This document shows positions 29,166 through 39,874 of a DNA stretch of 64,000 nucleotides, piece after piece (the stretch's first letter is position 1; each line of letters starts with the position of its first letter). Made by a program: the position numbers and the translations under genes. The notes beneath the pieces were generated by a model. That model did not search any database. It was given only the letters and a program-made list of their open reading frames with translations, and was not told the DNA's origin. The stretch is from the sequence record SRR22947727_820; one strand, written 5' to 3'.

Positions 29166-30488
29166 TTAAGGATTTACCACCCCTTTTTCTTTGGCTTTTG
29201 AGAGTTGTTTTCTTATTTTTTTAATGGCATTCTCAATGGACTTTTCAGGTTCAATAATGTTGTAATTGCCCCAGAAATCTGGATCTGAAAAACCTATGGC
29301 TTCATCCGTTAGAATCATAGAGGTCTTTAATAGATCCCTGCGTTTGGGCATTTGATCTCTATCTGTGTTTTCCCAGTCAGTAATAGCCATTTCACAGTTC
29401 AAGGTATAAACGGAATTGAATAATTTGTTTTCCCAATCAATTTTGAATGAGAGTAGTAAATTGCTGTATCCGTAATACCATTTATTGTCTTTCTCTCTGT
29501 AATCTACTCTGTAAGCGACCTCAGTGGGCCATACATTGGCATTTTTAGGCTTTTTCTTTACAAAAAGTCTCGCAGCCTCTTTGGGATTAGACAAGTCCAT
29601 TGAGAAAATGGCTTTGGTGAGTATTTTGCGTTCTACATCTATAAAAAGCTGCCCTTTAGACAGCGGCTCCCCTTCATAGGAGCGAGGTTCAAAGTTTACA
29701 ACATAAACCAATTGGTCGTTGACCCTAGTCGCAGCCCCATAGCTAAATTTGTAAAGATCCATATGTGTCTCGCTGAATAAGTATTCAGGGTATTTCATGA
29801 CGTCTATATACAAGGTGTTAAATGGGCCTCCTTGTAGCTTTAACGCCAAAGTGTCTAGTTTGGTGTAATCAGTACTTTTTCTTGCTTTGTACAGTGCAAC
29901 GTCATCTTTTCTATTAGAGACATAAGGACTCTTATAGATGGATACAACTGCTTCAGACAAGGACACATTCTTTCTTCTTTTCTTAATGGTTTCCCTGTAG
30001 AAAGCCGTCATTAATGTTGGACTGTTAAAGTAATTCTCTCCTTTTCTAGCCAAAGTCTCTTCTACCAGTGTTTTAGCGTCTTTTGGAATGATCAAATCTA
30101 CTTCGTTCAGAGCAATTGCCGCAGGTTCTAAGGCTAAATTAAAAGCGTTAGATGTCTTAACGTCTAGTTGTTTTGTCAGTGTTTCATATCCAAGGAAAGA
30201 TACTTCTACAGTATTTTTTAAAAGACTGTTGGGGACTTTGAGGACAAAGTCACCCTGTGCGTTAGATACTGTACTCGCATTGGTTCCTTTGATGGTAATT
30301 GTGGCAAAAACCAGTGCTTTGCTTGTTTGGGCATCTAGGATTTTTCCTTTAAACTCGGTAAAGTTTTTGGTCTCTTTTGAAACCGTGTTTTGACTCTGTG
30401 CTTCATGTACAGATCCAAACCAAAAAGCCAACACCAAAAATGGCATGAGCAAATAGGATTTTTTTAAAGGCTTGTTTAAATGTTTCAT
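29166..30488 (-). CDS. Secreted protein with carboxypeptidase regulatory-like N-domain
   Basis: Signal peptide; GKILDA...L.FATI...TVSN.QG.F...VSFLGY. Confidence 0.8.
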   Translation of the reverse strand: MKHLNKPLKKSYLLMPFLVLAFWFGSVHEAQSQNTVSKETKNFTEFKGKILDAQTSKALVFATITIKGTNASTVSNAQGDFVLKVPNSLLKNTVEVSFLGYETLTKQLDVKTSNAFNLALEPAAIALNEVDLIIPKDAKTLVEETLARKGENYFNSPTLMTAFYRETIKKRRKNVSLSEAVVSIYKSPYVSNRKDDVALYKARKSTDYTKLDTLALKLQGGPFNTLYIDVMKYPEYLFSETHMDLYKFSYGAATRVNDQLVYVVNFEPRSYEGEPLSKGQLFIDVERKILTKAIFSMDLSNPKEAARLFVKKKPKNANVWPTEVAYRVDYREKDNKWYYGYSNLLLSFKIDWENKLFNSVYTLNCEMAITDWENTDRDQMPKRRDLLKTSMILTDEAIGFSDPDFWGNYNIIEPEKSIENAIKKIRKQLSKAKEKGVVNP

Positions 30489-30591
30489 AGTACATCGCAG
30501 TTTTTAAAGGCGCTGTATCTTAGGTAGATAGGGCTTACCTAAGGTAATGAATAATCACGACATTTAAAAGCTGCGGTCCTATTATATTATT

Positions 30592-33033
30592 TTATTGTAC
30601 TAGAAACAAAGCGTTTGCAAAAAACAGTTTTCCATTTTCCCAAAACCCTCTAAATAATGGATTGTCTATCATGTAAATAACACTGCCCCTTCCTTGATTG
30701 TCTACCCCAAAAACAAGGGTGTTCTCCATTTTTTCCAGTGTATTGCTTCCAGCAAAGCCAGATACTGGTTTAGAATTTTCAAGACTAGCTACGGTGCCAA
30801 TTTCTAGTGTTTCATAGGCGTCTGCCCCTAATTTTAATGTGAAATAATCTTTTTTATAGCCAAAAGCTAAGGGATGGGTTAGATCTAAAGTAGTCTTGAA
30901 AATTGCTCCTGTGATATAGTTTTTAATACCTTCTCGCGCTCCGTTGGCATGAATATTAAGTTCGCTTTCCTCACTTTCAAAATCTTTTTCTTTTAAGGAA
31001 AAACCGCCTTGACTAAATACACTTAATGCGCCTCCCATAGCAATAATCTTACCGCCAGCTCTGGTGAATTCTTTCAATGAAGATTTACGTCTGTCTGAAG
31101 AAAAAGAACTGTACTGGCCGTCAGGCAATATAAGGACATCATAATCCCTTAGGTTTACCCTGTCAAAATAATCTGCATCTATTACCGTAATAGGATAATT
31201 TAATTGCTGCTCAAAAAAGTGCCATACTTCCCCAAAATCAAGAGAACTGGTAGGGCCTCCTTTTAAAACAGCTATTTTCTTATCCATTACCATAGGTACT
31301 GAAGCGGAACCAAAATCTGCCCCTTTGTCTACAAATCCTGTAGAAGTTGGCGTGAGTGAGACTTGGTGTTTATTGGCTATATTTCTTAGGATTTTATTAA
31401 AGTTCAATAGGTTTCTGTTGTCTCCTCTCGTAATAATTAGACTCCCTTTTGAAAATGCAGTTCCATTTAAAGTGAAATCTTTTTCACTAAACCTCACCCT
31501 AATTTCCGACTGAATAAGGTCTCCTAAAAAACGTGCATTGTCCATGGTTTCCCAGGGCGCAATAAAAGCATACGAACTTTCAGATAAAGGCTGGTTGTCA
31601 ATATCTTTGTGAGTAAATGGTTGGTCTATTGTAACGGCATTGTTTGTAGCGACTGTTTCTAGTCCGTACGCATATGGTAGGGACCAGGCCGTAATGTCGT
31701 AGGTAAGTGAATCTGATAATTTAGCGGCAGGTTCAAAAAGGACTTGAACCAGAGTGCCTTTTAGTTGGTCTCCTGGAATGACCATATGATCGGATTGAAT
31801 GGCCATTGATTGGTCTTTCCCTGACTCGTAATGGAAACCTTTGGTCTGGGCTGTACTTGTTTTTCCATAGCTAATTTGGTGCTGGTCTAATAATTTTGCC
31901 AGTGCATTAAGATGCCCTTCTTTACCTTGTAATACATATGATTTGTATTTGTATTTTTTGTCTTTAAAGAAAGACTTAAATGAGCTATTTAACTTGGATA
32001 CATTTTTAGCGGCTACCTCTACTGTAGAAAGACCGGTGGTATGGTGGTGTGCAATTCTATCCTTTAAAGTGAGGGTGTCTCCTATGCTTGTTTTAATCCC
32101 TAATCCTGCCCTACCGCTACCGCCTTGTTCGTAGGTCATTCCTACGCCTCCGTTGTAGGTAGGGTAGGTGTCTCCATAGCTAGGATAGAGTAAATCAAAG
32201 CGTTCTTTGGTGAAATAAAACCAACCATTAGCGTCAAAGTATTTGGCGTGATTTTTACCTATTTCTATTTGAAAATCTCTTTGAAAGTCAGTGATTACCT
32301 CGTGAAAGGGTTCTGCAGCTGGGGCAAAATAATAAGGAGAATCTACGCCTTGTTCGTGAAAATCTACATGCACATGGGGCATCCATTGATTGAACACTTT
32401 TAGCCTTTGTTGGCTTTCTATCTGTGTGAGCCATGCCCAATCCCTATTGAGGTCAAACATATAGTGGTTGGCCCTTCCAGAAAGCCAGCCTTCACGGTGT
32501 TCTGCACTATTTGGATCTACTTGGTTTGGGGTGTTTTTATTTTCGTTGTACCAATTTACATAGCGATCTCTTCCATCTGGATTAATACATGGATCAATAA
32601 TCACCACAGTGTTTTCTAAATACCCTTTTTTTTCTGTGAGCAGTTCGTAAATGGTCTGCATTGAAGCTTCTGTACTCACGCTTTCGTTACCGTGAACATT
32701 ATAAGACAACCAAACTATCGCTTTATCAGGGCTACTTGTTCCTTTCGCGTTGTCCAAATGTGCGTTTCTTATCGCTTCTAGGTTTTTAATGTTTTCTGCG
32801 GAAGAGATTATTGCGGTTACCAAAGGCCTTCTCTCATTGGTATAACCATAAGTGTCTAGTTTAACCTGATTTGCTAAAGTATTTGAGACGTATTTGTAAT
32901 AATCCATTACTTGATGGTGTCTGGAAAACTGTGTCCCTAATTCATATCCTAGAAATTCAGATGGGGACATGAGGTTTTGACCTACACCAATGATAGTGCA
33001 TAAAAAAGCGAGTAATGTAAATATTTTTTTCAT
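30592..33033 (-). CDS. M14 zinc carboxypeptidase, secreted
   Basis: VHGNE, NPDGRDR, DLNRDW, DFHEQG; start placed at MKKIFTLL (33033). Confidence 0.9.
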   Translation of the reverse strand: MKKIFTLLAFLCTIIGVGQNLMSPSEFLGYELGTQFSRHHQVMDYYKYVSNTLANQVKLDTYGYTNERRPLVTAIISSAENIKNLEAIRNAHLDNAKGTSSPDKAIVWLSYNVHGNESVSTEASMQTIYELLTEKKGYLENTVVIIDPCINPDGRDRYVNWYNENKNTPNQVDPNSAEHREGWLSGRANHYMFDLNRDWAWLTQIESQQRLKVFNQWMPHVHVDFHEQGVDSPYYFAPAAEPFHEVITDFQRDFQIEIGKNHAKYFDANGWFYFTKERFDLLYPSYGDTYPTYNGGVGMTYEQGGSGRAGLGIKTSIGDTLTLKDRIAHHHTTGLSTVEVAAKNVSKLNSSFKSFFKDKKYKYKSYVLQGKEGHLNALAKLLDQHQISYGKTSTAQTKGFHYESGKDQSMAIQSDHMVIPGDQLKGTLVQVLFEPAAKLSDSLTYDITAWSLPYAYGLETVATNNAVTIDQPFTHKDIDNQPLSESSYAFIAPWETMDNARFLGDLIQSEIRVRFSEKDFTLNGTAFSKGSLIITRGDNRNLLNFNKILRNIANKHQVSLTPTSTGFVDKGADFGSASVPMVMDKKIAVLKGGPTSSLDFGEVWHFFEQQLNYPITVIDADYFDRVNLRDYDVLILPDGQYSSFSSDRRKSSLKEFTRAGGKIIAMGGALSVFSQGGFSLKEKDFESEESELNIHANGAREGIKNYITGAIFKTTLDLTHPLAFGYKKDYFTLKLGADAYETLEIGTVASLENSKPVSGFAGSNTLEKMENTLVFGVDNQGRGSVIYMIDNPLFRGFWENGKLFFANALFLVQ

Positions 33034-33154
33034 TAGGTTTCTAGATTTTAGCTTTTCAAAACTACACAATATTTACAGGCTGTTGTACATCTTTTATGAA
33101 TTTTATAGATAGTTCATGGGAGTGTTTTATCTTTACCCTATTAATTATTGCTTT

Positions 33155-34756
33155 ATGGAGATTGGCTGTTTGCCTTTTAATAAAACGGGTGTTTTTTCTA
33201 GTCTAATGGAAGACTATGTATCTCAGGTTGCAGGACTCAAAGCTTTCTATGGAAATTCACCAGATCTAGCGGGCTTAAATGCTCAAAGGGCTTTAAAGAA
33301 AGCCTCTTTTTCATTAAGGCAACGAAAGGTTTTGCAAGATGTTTTAAGGGAACAATACCAGGGTTTGTCAGAAATGCAAGCCGTAGAAAAGCAAATTGAA
33401 TTACTGGGAGATGCAAAAACAACTACAGTAGTCACTGGCCATCAGTTAAACCTATTCAGTGGGCCACTTTATTTTTTATACAAAATTATTTCTGTGATTA
33501 ATTTAGCAGAAACGCTCTCTGATCAAAAGACATTGGGCGCTGTTGTTCCTGTGTATTGGATGGCTACTGAAGACCACGATTTTGAAGAAATTAATTTTTT
33601 CAAAGTTAAAGGGGTTAAGTTGCAATGGACCCCTGAACACAAAATTTCAGGTCCTGTAGGGCGTTATGGCACTAAAGGTTTGGAGGCTATTTTGCCTGCA
33701 TTAGAAGCGCTGTTAGGAACCCAAAAGAATGCGCAATATTTAGTAGCACTCTTTGAGAATTCATACGTAAATCAACCCACTTTAGCGAAAGCCACCAGAT
33801 ATTTTGCCCATGCATTATTTGGAGACAAAGGTTTGGTTGTCATAGACGGAGACCACCCCGCATTAAAAAAAATGCTTATTCCCCATATTGAAAAGGACCT
33901 TTTTGAACAGTTGGCCTATCATAAAGTGTCTCAAACAGCCCAGTCCTTATTAAAAGAGGGGTATCATGTTCAGGTGAACCCAAGGCCTATAAACTATTTC
34001 TATATGGAAGACGGTTTAAGGGAGCGTATTGTAGCTGTTGAGGGTGGTTTTGAAGTGCTAAATACTAAGAAATTTTTCACTCCCCTTGAGATGAAGGCCC
34101 ATATTGCTTCAAATCCTGAGAATTTCTCCCCTAATGTTATTGCAAGACCACTGTATCAAGAATTTATACTTCCAAATATTGCGTATACTGGAGGCGGTGG
34201 TGAATTGGCTTATTGGCTGGAACTCAAGGACTATTTTGACAGTCATGGCGTATTATTTCCTGTTTTAATGCTTAGGAATTCAGCCCTCTTAATGTCCGAA
34301 AAACAGCTGCATAAATGGCACAAAATGGGACTCACTACAGAAGACCTCTTTCTTAAAAGAGATCCCTTAATTAATAAAAAAATTAGGGCCATATCTAATA
34401 TTGAATTAGATTTAAGTGCTTTTAGAGAACAACTTCACCAGCAATTTCTGTCATTACAACAGCTAGCTCAAGAGACAGATGCTTCTTTTTTAGGGGCTGT
34501 TCAAGCCCAGGAAGTAAAGCAAATGAAAGGAATTAATTCACTTGAAAAAAAACTGCTTCTCGCCCAAAAAAGAAAATTGAAAGACCAAGTAGCCCGTCTG
34601 TCACAGTTGCATGAGTCCTTATTTCCTGGACAATCATTACAGGAAAGAAGCACCAACTTTTCAGAATTCTATGCACAATACGGCAGCCAACTGCTCCATA
34701 CCCTTCAAAAAGAGTTAGACCCTTTAAAAAATGGTTTCTCTATCATTAGTTTATAA
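33155..34756 (+). CDS. bshC: Bacillithiol biosynthesis cysteine-adding enzyme BshC
   Basis: VTGHQLNLF.GPLY, YWMATEDHDFEEI, SPNVIARPLYQE, GGGGELAYW, LQER; start placed at 33155. Confidence 0.93.
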   Translation: MEIGCLPFNKTGVFSSLMEDYVSQVAGLKAFYGNSPDLAGLNAQRALKKASFSLRQRKVLQDVLREQYQGLSEMQAVEKQIELLGDAKTTTVVTGHQLNLFSGPLYFLYKIISVINLAETLSDQKTLGAVVPVYWMATEDHDFEEINFFKVKGVKLQWTPEHKISGPVGRYGTKGLEAILPALEALLGTQKNAQYLVALFENSYVNQPTLAKATRYFAHALFGDKGLVVIDGDHPALKKMLIPHIEKDLFEQLAYHKVSQTAQSLLKEGYHVQVNPRPINYFYMEDGLRERIVAVEGGFEVLNTKKFFTPLEMKAHIASNPENFSPNVIARPLYQEFILPNIAYTGGGGELAYWLELKDYFDSHGVLFPVLMLRNSALLMSEKQLHKWHKMGLTTEDLFLKRDPLINKKIRAISNIELDLSAFREQLHQQFLSLQQLAQETDASFLGAVQAQEVKQMKGINSLEKKLLLAQKRKLKDQVARLSQLHESLFPGQSLQERSTNFSEFYAQYGSQLLHTLQKELDPLKNGFSIISL

Positions 34757-34774
34757 TCCAATTCAACTTAAGGC

Positions 34775-36145
34775 ATGCATAATATTGATATTAATGTAGT
34801 AGATATGACCTTAGACATTATGAAGTATGTCTTGGGAAGAATAACCAAAACCAATCCAGAATTAGGTAAGCCTATGAAGGAGGAGGATCTTAGGGCTTTG
34901 GTTGGAGAAACCATTAATGAGAAAGGTATTGGCGGAGAGAAAGCTTTTGCGCTTTTTAAAGATGTTTTGGTGAAAGCAACTATTCCTATAGACCATCCAA
35001 GGCATTTGGCATTTGTTCCTGCAGCGCCCACTAGAGCATCTATACTTTTTGACTTGGTGACTGCGGCTTCTAGTATTCATGGTGCCTATTGGATGGAGGG
35101 TGCTGGAGGTATTTACTGTGAGAATGAAGCAATGGAATGGTTGGTATCTCTTACAGGGCTTCCTAAAGGAGCTTTTGGTGTATTTACAAGTGGTGGAACT
35201 GCAGCCAATTTATCTGCAATGGTTACCGCGAGAGAACACTGGAGAAGTAACCCTAAAAATTTAAATAAAAAAGGTATTATGGTGACCTCTAGTGGGGCAC
35301 ATTCTTCTGTGAAATCTATGGCTAAGGTAATAGACGCAGAAGTGCTTTTGGTTCCTACAGAAACAGCTATGACCGCTGCAGATATAGAAAAAGCAGTATC
35401 TCAATTAACTCCAGAAGCACAAGAGCGCGTTTTTGCTGTAGTGGCCACAGGGGGAACAACCAATGCAGGTATCATAGATGATTTAGCTGGAGTAGCCACA
35501 TATTGTGAAAACCACCATCTTTGGTTTCATGTGGACGCAGCTTACGGCGGTGGAGCTTTGGCAGCGCCATCAGTAAGGGATTTATTTATAGGTATTGAGC
35601 GTGCAGACAGTATTACGATAGACCCTCATAAATGGTTGTTTTCTCCTTATGATTGTGGAGCTATAATTTATAAAAAGCCTGAATTGGCTAGAGCGGCACA
35701 CAGCCAAGAAGGCTCTTATTTAGATATATTTAAAGATGAGGGTGCTGCAGGTTTTAATCCCTCGGATTATCAAATACAATTGACCAGAAGAGTCAGAGGA
35801 TTGCCGCTGTGGTTCTCTTTAGCCATGCATGGGACTGCAAAATACGAATGGGCAGTAGAACAAGGCATTTTACTCGCCAAGCTAGCGGCTCAAAAAATTA
35901 CGGAAGCCCCTCATGTTGAAATGGTTATTCCAGAAAACCTGTCTTGTGTGTTGTTTAGAAGAAAAGGATGGACGCCTGAAGACTACAGAGAATGGACTTA
36001 CCAAAATCTGGAGAAAAAATTTGCACTTGTAACCCCAACAAAGTTTCAGCATCAAGGAGAAATGGAAACGGTGGCACGTTTTTGTTTTATTAATCCAGAT
36101 ACGACCTTAAAAGATATTACAGATATTTTAGATACCATGAAGTAG
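34775..36145 (+). CDS. Group II PLP-dependent decarboxylase
   Basis: FTSGGTAAN, GGTTNAG, HVDAAYGG, PLP lysine in DPHKWL. Confidence 0.92.
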   Translation: MHNIDINVVDMTLDIMKYVLGRITKTNPELGKPMKEEDLRALVGETINEKGIGGEKAFALFKDVLVKATIPIDHPRHLAFVPAAPTRASILFDLVTAASSIHGAYWMEGAGGIYCENEAMEWLVSLTGLPKGAFGVFTSGGTAANLSAMVTAREHWRSNPKNLNKKGIMVTSSGAHSSVKSMAKVIDAEVLLVPTETAMTAADIEKAVSQLTPEAQERVFAVVATGGTTNAGIIDDLAGVATYCENHHLWFHVDAAYGGGALAAPSVRDLFIGIERADSITIDPHKWLFSPYDCGAIIYKKPELARAAHSQEGSYLDIFKDEGAAGFNPSDYQIQLTRRVRGLPLWFSLAMHGTAKYEWAVEQGILLAKLAAQKITEAPHVEMVIPENLSCVLFRRKGWTPEDYREWTYQNLEKKFALVTPTKFQHQGEMETVARFCFINPDTTLKDITDILDTMK

Positions 36146-36193
36146 CTAAAGCGGGTGGCTTTGAAGGCTGGTATGCGTATTGAATGCGTAAAA

Positions 36194-36751
36194 TTAAGGC
36201 ACTAAATTTTCTAAAATCCCTACGCCTTTTTTTAAAGACCACCTGATTCTTTGGTGTGGGTTTCCCAGTTTAAGGTATTCTATGCCTTCTGTTTCTAGGG
36301 TAATGATGCAAAAATGGCTGATTGATCGGTATTCTACTGCTGCTGTATTTTCTATCACAGTGCCAGGGGCTAGTAGGCTGGTGTATTGTTTTTTAGAGGA
36401 TTCGGGAACTTTCTCCCAAGCGGCATCGGCCAGAGGCCCAGTATGAATTATCTTTGCCACACCAAAACATTTGAGTTGTATTTCAGTGAGTGGGTCATAA
36501 AATAAAATTTCTGCCTGTGGGTTTTTTTGAAGGTCCAACACTTTATTACTTCTGGAATCTGTATGAATTTCTATCGCTAACTTTTCATTAACCCCCCTAA
36601 CAACGACCATTCGTGCAGAGGGAACGCCTTTTTCGCTGGTTGTTGCAAACACACCCGTTTTTAACCAGTGGTTTTTTTGGCTATTTCTAAGTTCAAAAAT
36701 GGAATGTATAAATGCAATAAAATGGTCAGGATGACTAAAACTATTTTTCAA
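36194..36751 (-). CDS. Pyridoxamine 5'-phosphate oxidase-like FMN-binding protein
   Basis: PSARMVVVR, HTDSRSNKV, LFYDP..IQL. Confidence 0.8.
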   Translation of the reverse strand: MKNSFSHPDHFIAFIHSIFELRNSQKNHWLKTGVFATTSEKGVPSARMVVVRGVNEKLAIEIHTDSRSNKVLDLQKNPQAEILFYDPLTEIQLKCFGVAKIIHTGPLADAAWEKVPESSKKQYTSLLAPGTVIENTAAVEYRSISHFCIITLETEGIEYLKLGNPHQRIRWSLKKGVGILENLVP

Positions 36752-36807
36752 AACCTAAATTTCTATTAAATATACTAAAAAGTGGACGACCCTAAACATC
36801 AAATTAT

Positions 36808-36815
36808 TATTTTTG
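36808..36815 (+). promoter_or_regulatory. sigma70 -7 element (TATTTTTG) directly before guaA
   Basis: TAnnTTTG 3 nt before the ATG at 36819. Confidence 0.65.
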
Positions 36816-36818
36816 CCC

Positions 36819-38351
36819 ATGCAAAATAAAGTCCTCATCCTAGATTTCGGTTCTCAGTATACCCAACTTATTGCAAGAAGGGTTAGAGAATTAAATATTT
36901 ACTCTGAAATTAAACCGTATAACAAACCGCCAGAAGACCTCAGTGGTTTTAAGGCTGTGATCCTTTCTGGATCTCCGTATTCAGTGAGAGGAGAAGACGC
37001 TCCACATCCTAATTTAGACGCTATTAAGGGTAAGTTGCCTCTTTTGGGTGTTTGTTATGGCGCCCAATATTTGGCCCACTTTAAAGGAGGAGAAGTGGCA
37101 CCGTCTAACACTAGGGAATACGGAAGGGCTAATTTGTCTTTTGTGGCTTCAGGAGAATTATTTTTAGCGGGTATTTCTGAAGGGAGCCAAGTATGGATGA
37201 GCCATTCAGATACGATTAAAACATTGCCTACCGGAGGCACTTTATTGGCCAGTACGCATGATGTTAAAAATGCTGCTTATAAAATAGAAGGCGAAGATAC
37301 TTACGCCATTCAGTTTCATCCAGAAGTATACCATTCTACCGATGGGAAAAAACTCTTAGAAAACTTCTTAGTTAAAATTGCTGGAGTGGCTCAAGATTGG
37401 ACCCCAGATGCTTTTGTAGAAGAAACAGTGTCAAAATTAAAGGCGCAAATTGGGACGGATAAAGTAATTCTTGGCCTTTCAGGAGGGGTAGATTCTACTG
37501 TTGCTGCGGTCTTACTTCACAAAGCCATAGGGGCTAACCTACATTGTATTTTTGTAAATAACGGTTTGCTGAGAAAAAATGAGTTTAGTGAAGTGTTGGA
37601 TCAATACCAAGGAATGGGATTGAATGTGAAAGGGGTAGACGCCTCGGCACGATTCTTGAACGCACTTAAAGGTGAATCTGATCCTGAGAGAAAGCGCAAG
37701 GCCATTGGAAGTGCTTTTATAGACGTATTTGACGCCGAATCTCACGAAGTAAAAGACGCTACCTGGTTGGCTCAGGGAACCATTTATCCAGATGTGATTG
37801 AGTCTGTCTCTGCCACAGGAGGTCCTTCTGCAACGATTAAAAGCCACCACAACGTAGGTGGTTTGCCAGATTACATGAAATTAAAAGTGGTTGAACCGCT
37901 TAGAATGCTGTTTAAAGATGAAGTGAGAAGGGTAGGAGCGAGTTTGGGAATTGATGCTGCTTTATTGGGCAGACATCCGTTCCCAGGTCCTGGATTGGCC
38001 ATTCGTATCTTAGGAGATATCACCGCAGAAAAGGTAGCCATCCTTCAAGAAGTAGATGCTGTTTTTATTCACGCATTAAAACAATCTGGTTGGTATGACA
38101 AGGTGTGGCAAGCCGGAGCTATACTCCTTCCTGTTCAGAGTGTAGGAGTCATGGGAGACGAACGCACCTATGAAAAGTGTGTGGCTCTGAGGGCTGTGGA
38201 AAGCACCGACGGTATGACAGCAGACTGGGTGAACCTCCCTTATGAATTATTACAAAAGATATCGAACGATATTATTAACAAAGTAAAAGGGGTGAACAGA
38301 GTGGTGTACGACATTAGTTCTAAACCGCCTGCCACCATTGAGTGGGAATAA
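36819..38351 (+). CDS. guaA: GMP synthase (glutamine-hydrolysing)
   Basis: [42 protein letters not shown] at 36819. Confidence 0.99.
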   Translation: MQNKVLILDFGSQYTQLIARRVRELNIYSEIKPYNKPPEDLSGFKAVILSGSPYSVRGEDAPHPNLDAIKGKLPLLGVCYGAQYLAHFKGGEVAPSNTREYGRANLSFVASGELFLAGISEGSQVWMSHSDTIKTLPTGGTLLASTHDVKNAAYKIEGEDTYAIQFHPEVYHSTDGKKLLENFLVKIAGVAQDWTPDAFVEETVSKLKAQIGTDKVILGLSGGVDSTVAAVLLHKAIGANLHCIFVNNGLLRKNEFSEVLDQYQGMGLNVKGVDASARFLNALKGESDPERKRKAIGSAFIDVFDAESHEVKDATWLAQGTIYPDVIESVSATGGPSATIKSHHNVGGLPDYMKLKVVEPLRMLFKDEVRRVGASLGIDAALLGRHPFPGPGLAIRILGDITAEKVAILQEVDAVFIHALKQSGWYDKVWQAGAILLPVQSVGVMGDERTYEKCVALRAVESTDGMTADWVNLPYELLQKISNDIINKVKGVNRVVYDISSKPPATIEWE

Positions 38352-38352
38352 A

Positions 38353-39840
38353 ATGAATAGACTAAAGCAGTTGTTTTTTGGGGTATTGTTTTTTTGTGTT
38401 GCTTTTGGGTATGCACAGGAACAAACCACCGTATCAGAATATCTGAGCTACAGGGTGAAGCCAGGTGACAGCAGGTGGAAAATGGCCAAATATTTTGGTA
38501 TCTCTTTGGATTCTTTGTGGAAATTGAACCCCCATTTGTCTAAAACTTCTATTGAATTACCCGTAGGAATCGAAATAGTACTGCCAAAAAAAGGGTTTCA
38601 AAGGCGTCATGCTGAATTAAATGAAGCGGAATCTAAGCTTGTATCTAGAGTGGTAGATCCTTTTGTTCAAGTTGCTTCTCAAGACAGTATTGATTTAGCA
38701 GAAGATCCTTACCCTTCAATTGCCCCATACGATCAAATACCTTTTATAGATAGTTTGCTGCGTCCCTTTGAGATGGAGCTCTTGTTTGCCCTCCCTTTTA
38801 GGACGGACAAAATGAATTATCAAGATTCATTAGTGGGTCAAAAAACCATAGAAGCCAGGCGTGACATGAAATTGAGTCTAGGCTTTTACACAGGGGCATT
38901 AATGGCCATAGATTCATTGCAAAGCCTTGGAATATTTGTGACACCAAGACCTATAGACACTCAGTTAGACGCTACTGTGCTGTTTAATAAACTGCACAAA
39001 GATTCCTTGGGTCCTCCAGATGCTATTATAGGCCCTTTATTGCCTTCCAACCAATCTGTGCTGTTGAATTATGCGAGGGAGCACAATATTCCTGCAGTTT
39101 TACCCGTAGTTTCCTCAGGTCCATTTGACTATGAAAAGGCTTTTTACCCTGTACCTAAAGAAAGTGTGCTCAGAGAGAAATTATTGTCTTTTGCACAGAA
39201 AACCTACGCAGGAGAAAAAGTATTGCTCATTGCAGATGCTGAAAATAACACTGCAGCTTCTGCTATAAAAAACTTATTCCCAAGGGCTTTTGAAGTAGCG
39301 TTAATCAATAATATTTCTATTGAGATAGATACTTTTGCTACGGAACTAGACTCGGTAATTCCCAATTGGGTATTTGTGGAGACACAAAATTTAAAATTGG
39401 TTTCTAGCGTGAGTTCTATTTTAAATGCCAATATTACTGAGAAGGTAAAAATTAAGATGTTTACCACAAACACGAATAAGGCTTTTGAAAATGATGTGAT
39501 AGACAACCAACACTTATCCGCCCTTCGTTTTACCTTTCCAACATTTTATAAAAACACTCGTGAGACTTCTTTTACAAGGTCATACGAGCGAAAGTTCGGC
39601 ACTTTTCCAGACCCCCTTACAGTCAGGGGATTTGACCTCACAATGGATTTGGTGTTAAAAATGGCTTATCCCAATGGAATTCTTGCGGCACAAGAACAAA
39701 TGGGGCCCACTTGGTACGTGGATCATGTTTTTCAGTACAGTCCGCTTTTTTCTTTAGAAAGCAATAGACCCAGTGGTTATTACAACCAAGCCTCCTTTAT
39801 CATGACTTATGAAGAGATGGATGTGAAGCTAGTAGAATAG
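38353..39840 (+). CDS. LysM plus periplasmic-binding-protein type 1 domain protein
   Basis: Signal peptide; YRVKPGDS...LNP LysM; DAIIGP and RGFD in the C-terminal part. Confidence 0.8.
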   Translation: MNRLKQLFFGVLFFCVAFGYAQEQTTVSEYLSYRVKPGDSRWKMAKYFGISLDSLWKLNPHLSKTSIELPVGIEIVLPKKGFQRRHAELNEAESKLVSRVVDPFVQVASQDSIDLAEDPYPSIAPYDQIPFIDSLLRPFEMELLFALPFRTDKMNYQDSLVGQKTIEARRDMKLSLGFYTGALMAIDSLQSLGIFVTPRPIDTQLDATVLFNKLHKDSLGPPDAIIGPLLPSNQSVLLNYAREHNIPAVLPVVSSGPFDYEKAFYPVPKESVLREKLLSFAQKTYAGEKVLLIADAENNTAASAIKNLFPRAFEVALINNISIEIDTFATELDSVIPNWVFVETQNLKLVSSVSSILNANITEKVKIKMFTTNTNKAFENDVIDNQHLSALRFTFPTFYKNTRETSFTRSYERKFGTFPDPLTVRGFDLTMDLVLKMAYPNGILAAQEQMGPTWYVDHVFQYSPLFSLESNRPSGYYNQASFIMTYEEMDVKLVE

Positions 39841-39874
39841 TTTTTTTGTTTAAAAAGCGTAAATAGGACTTTCA

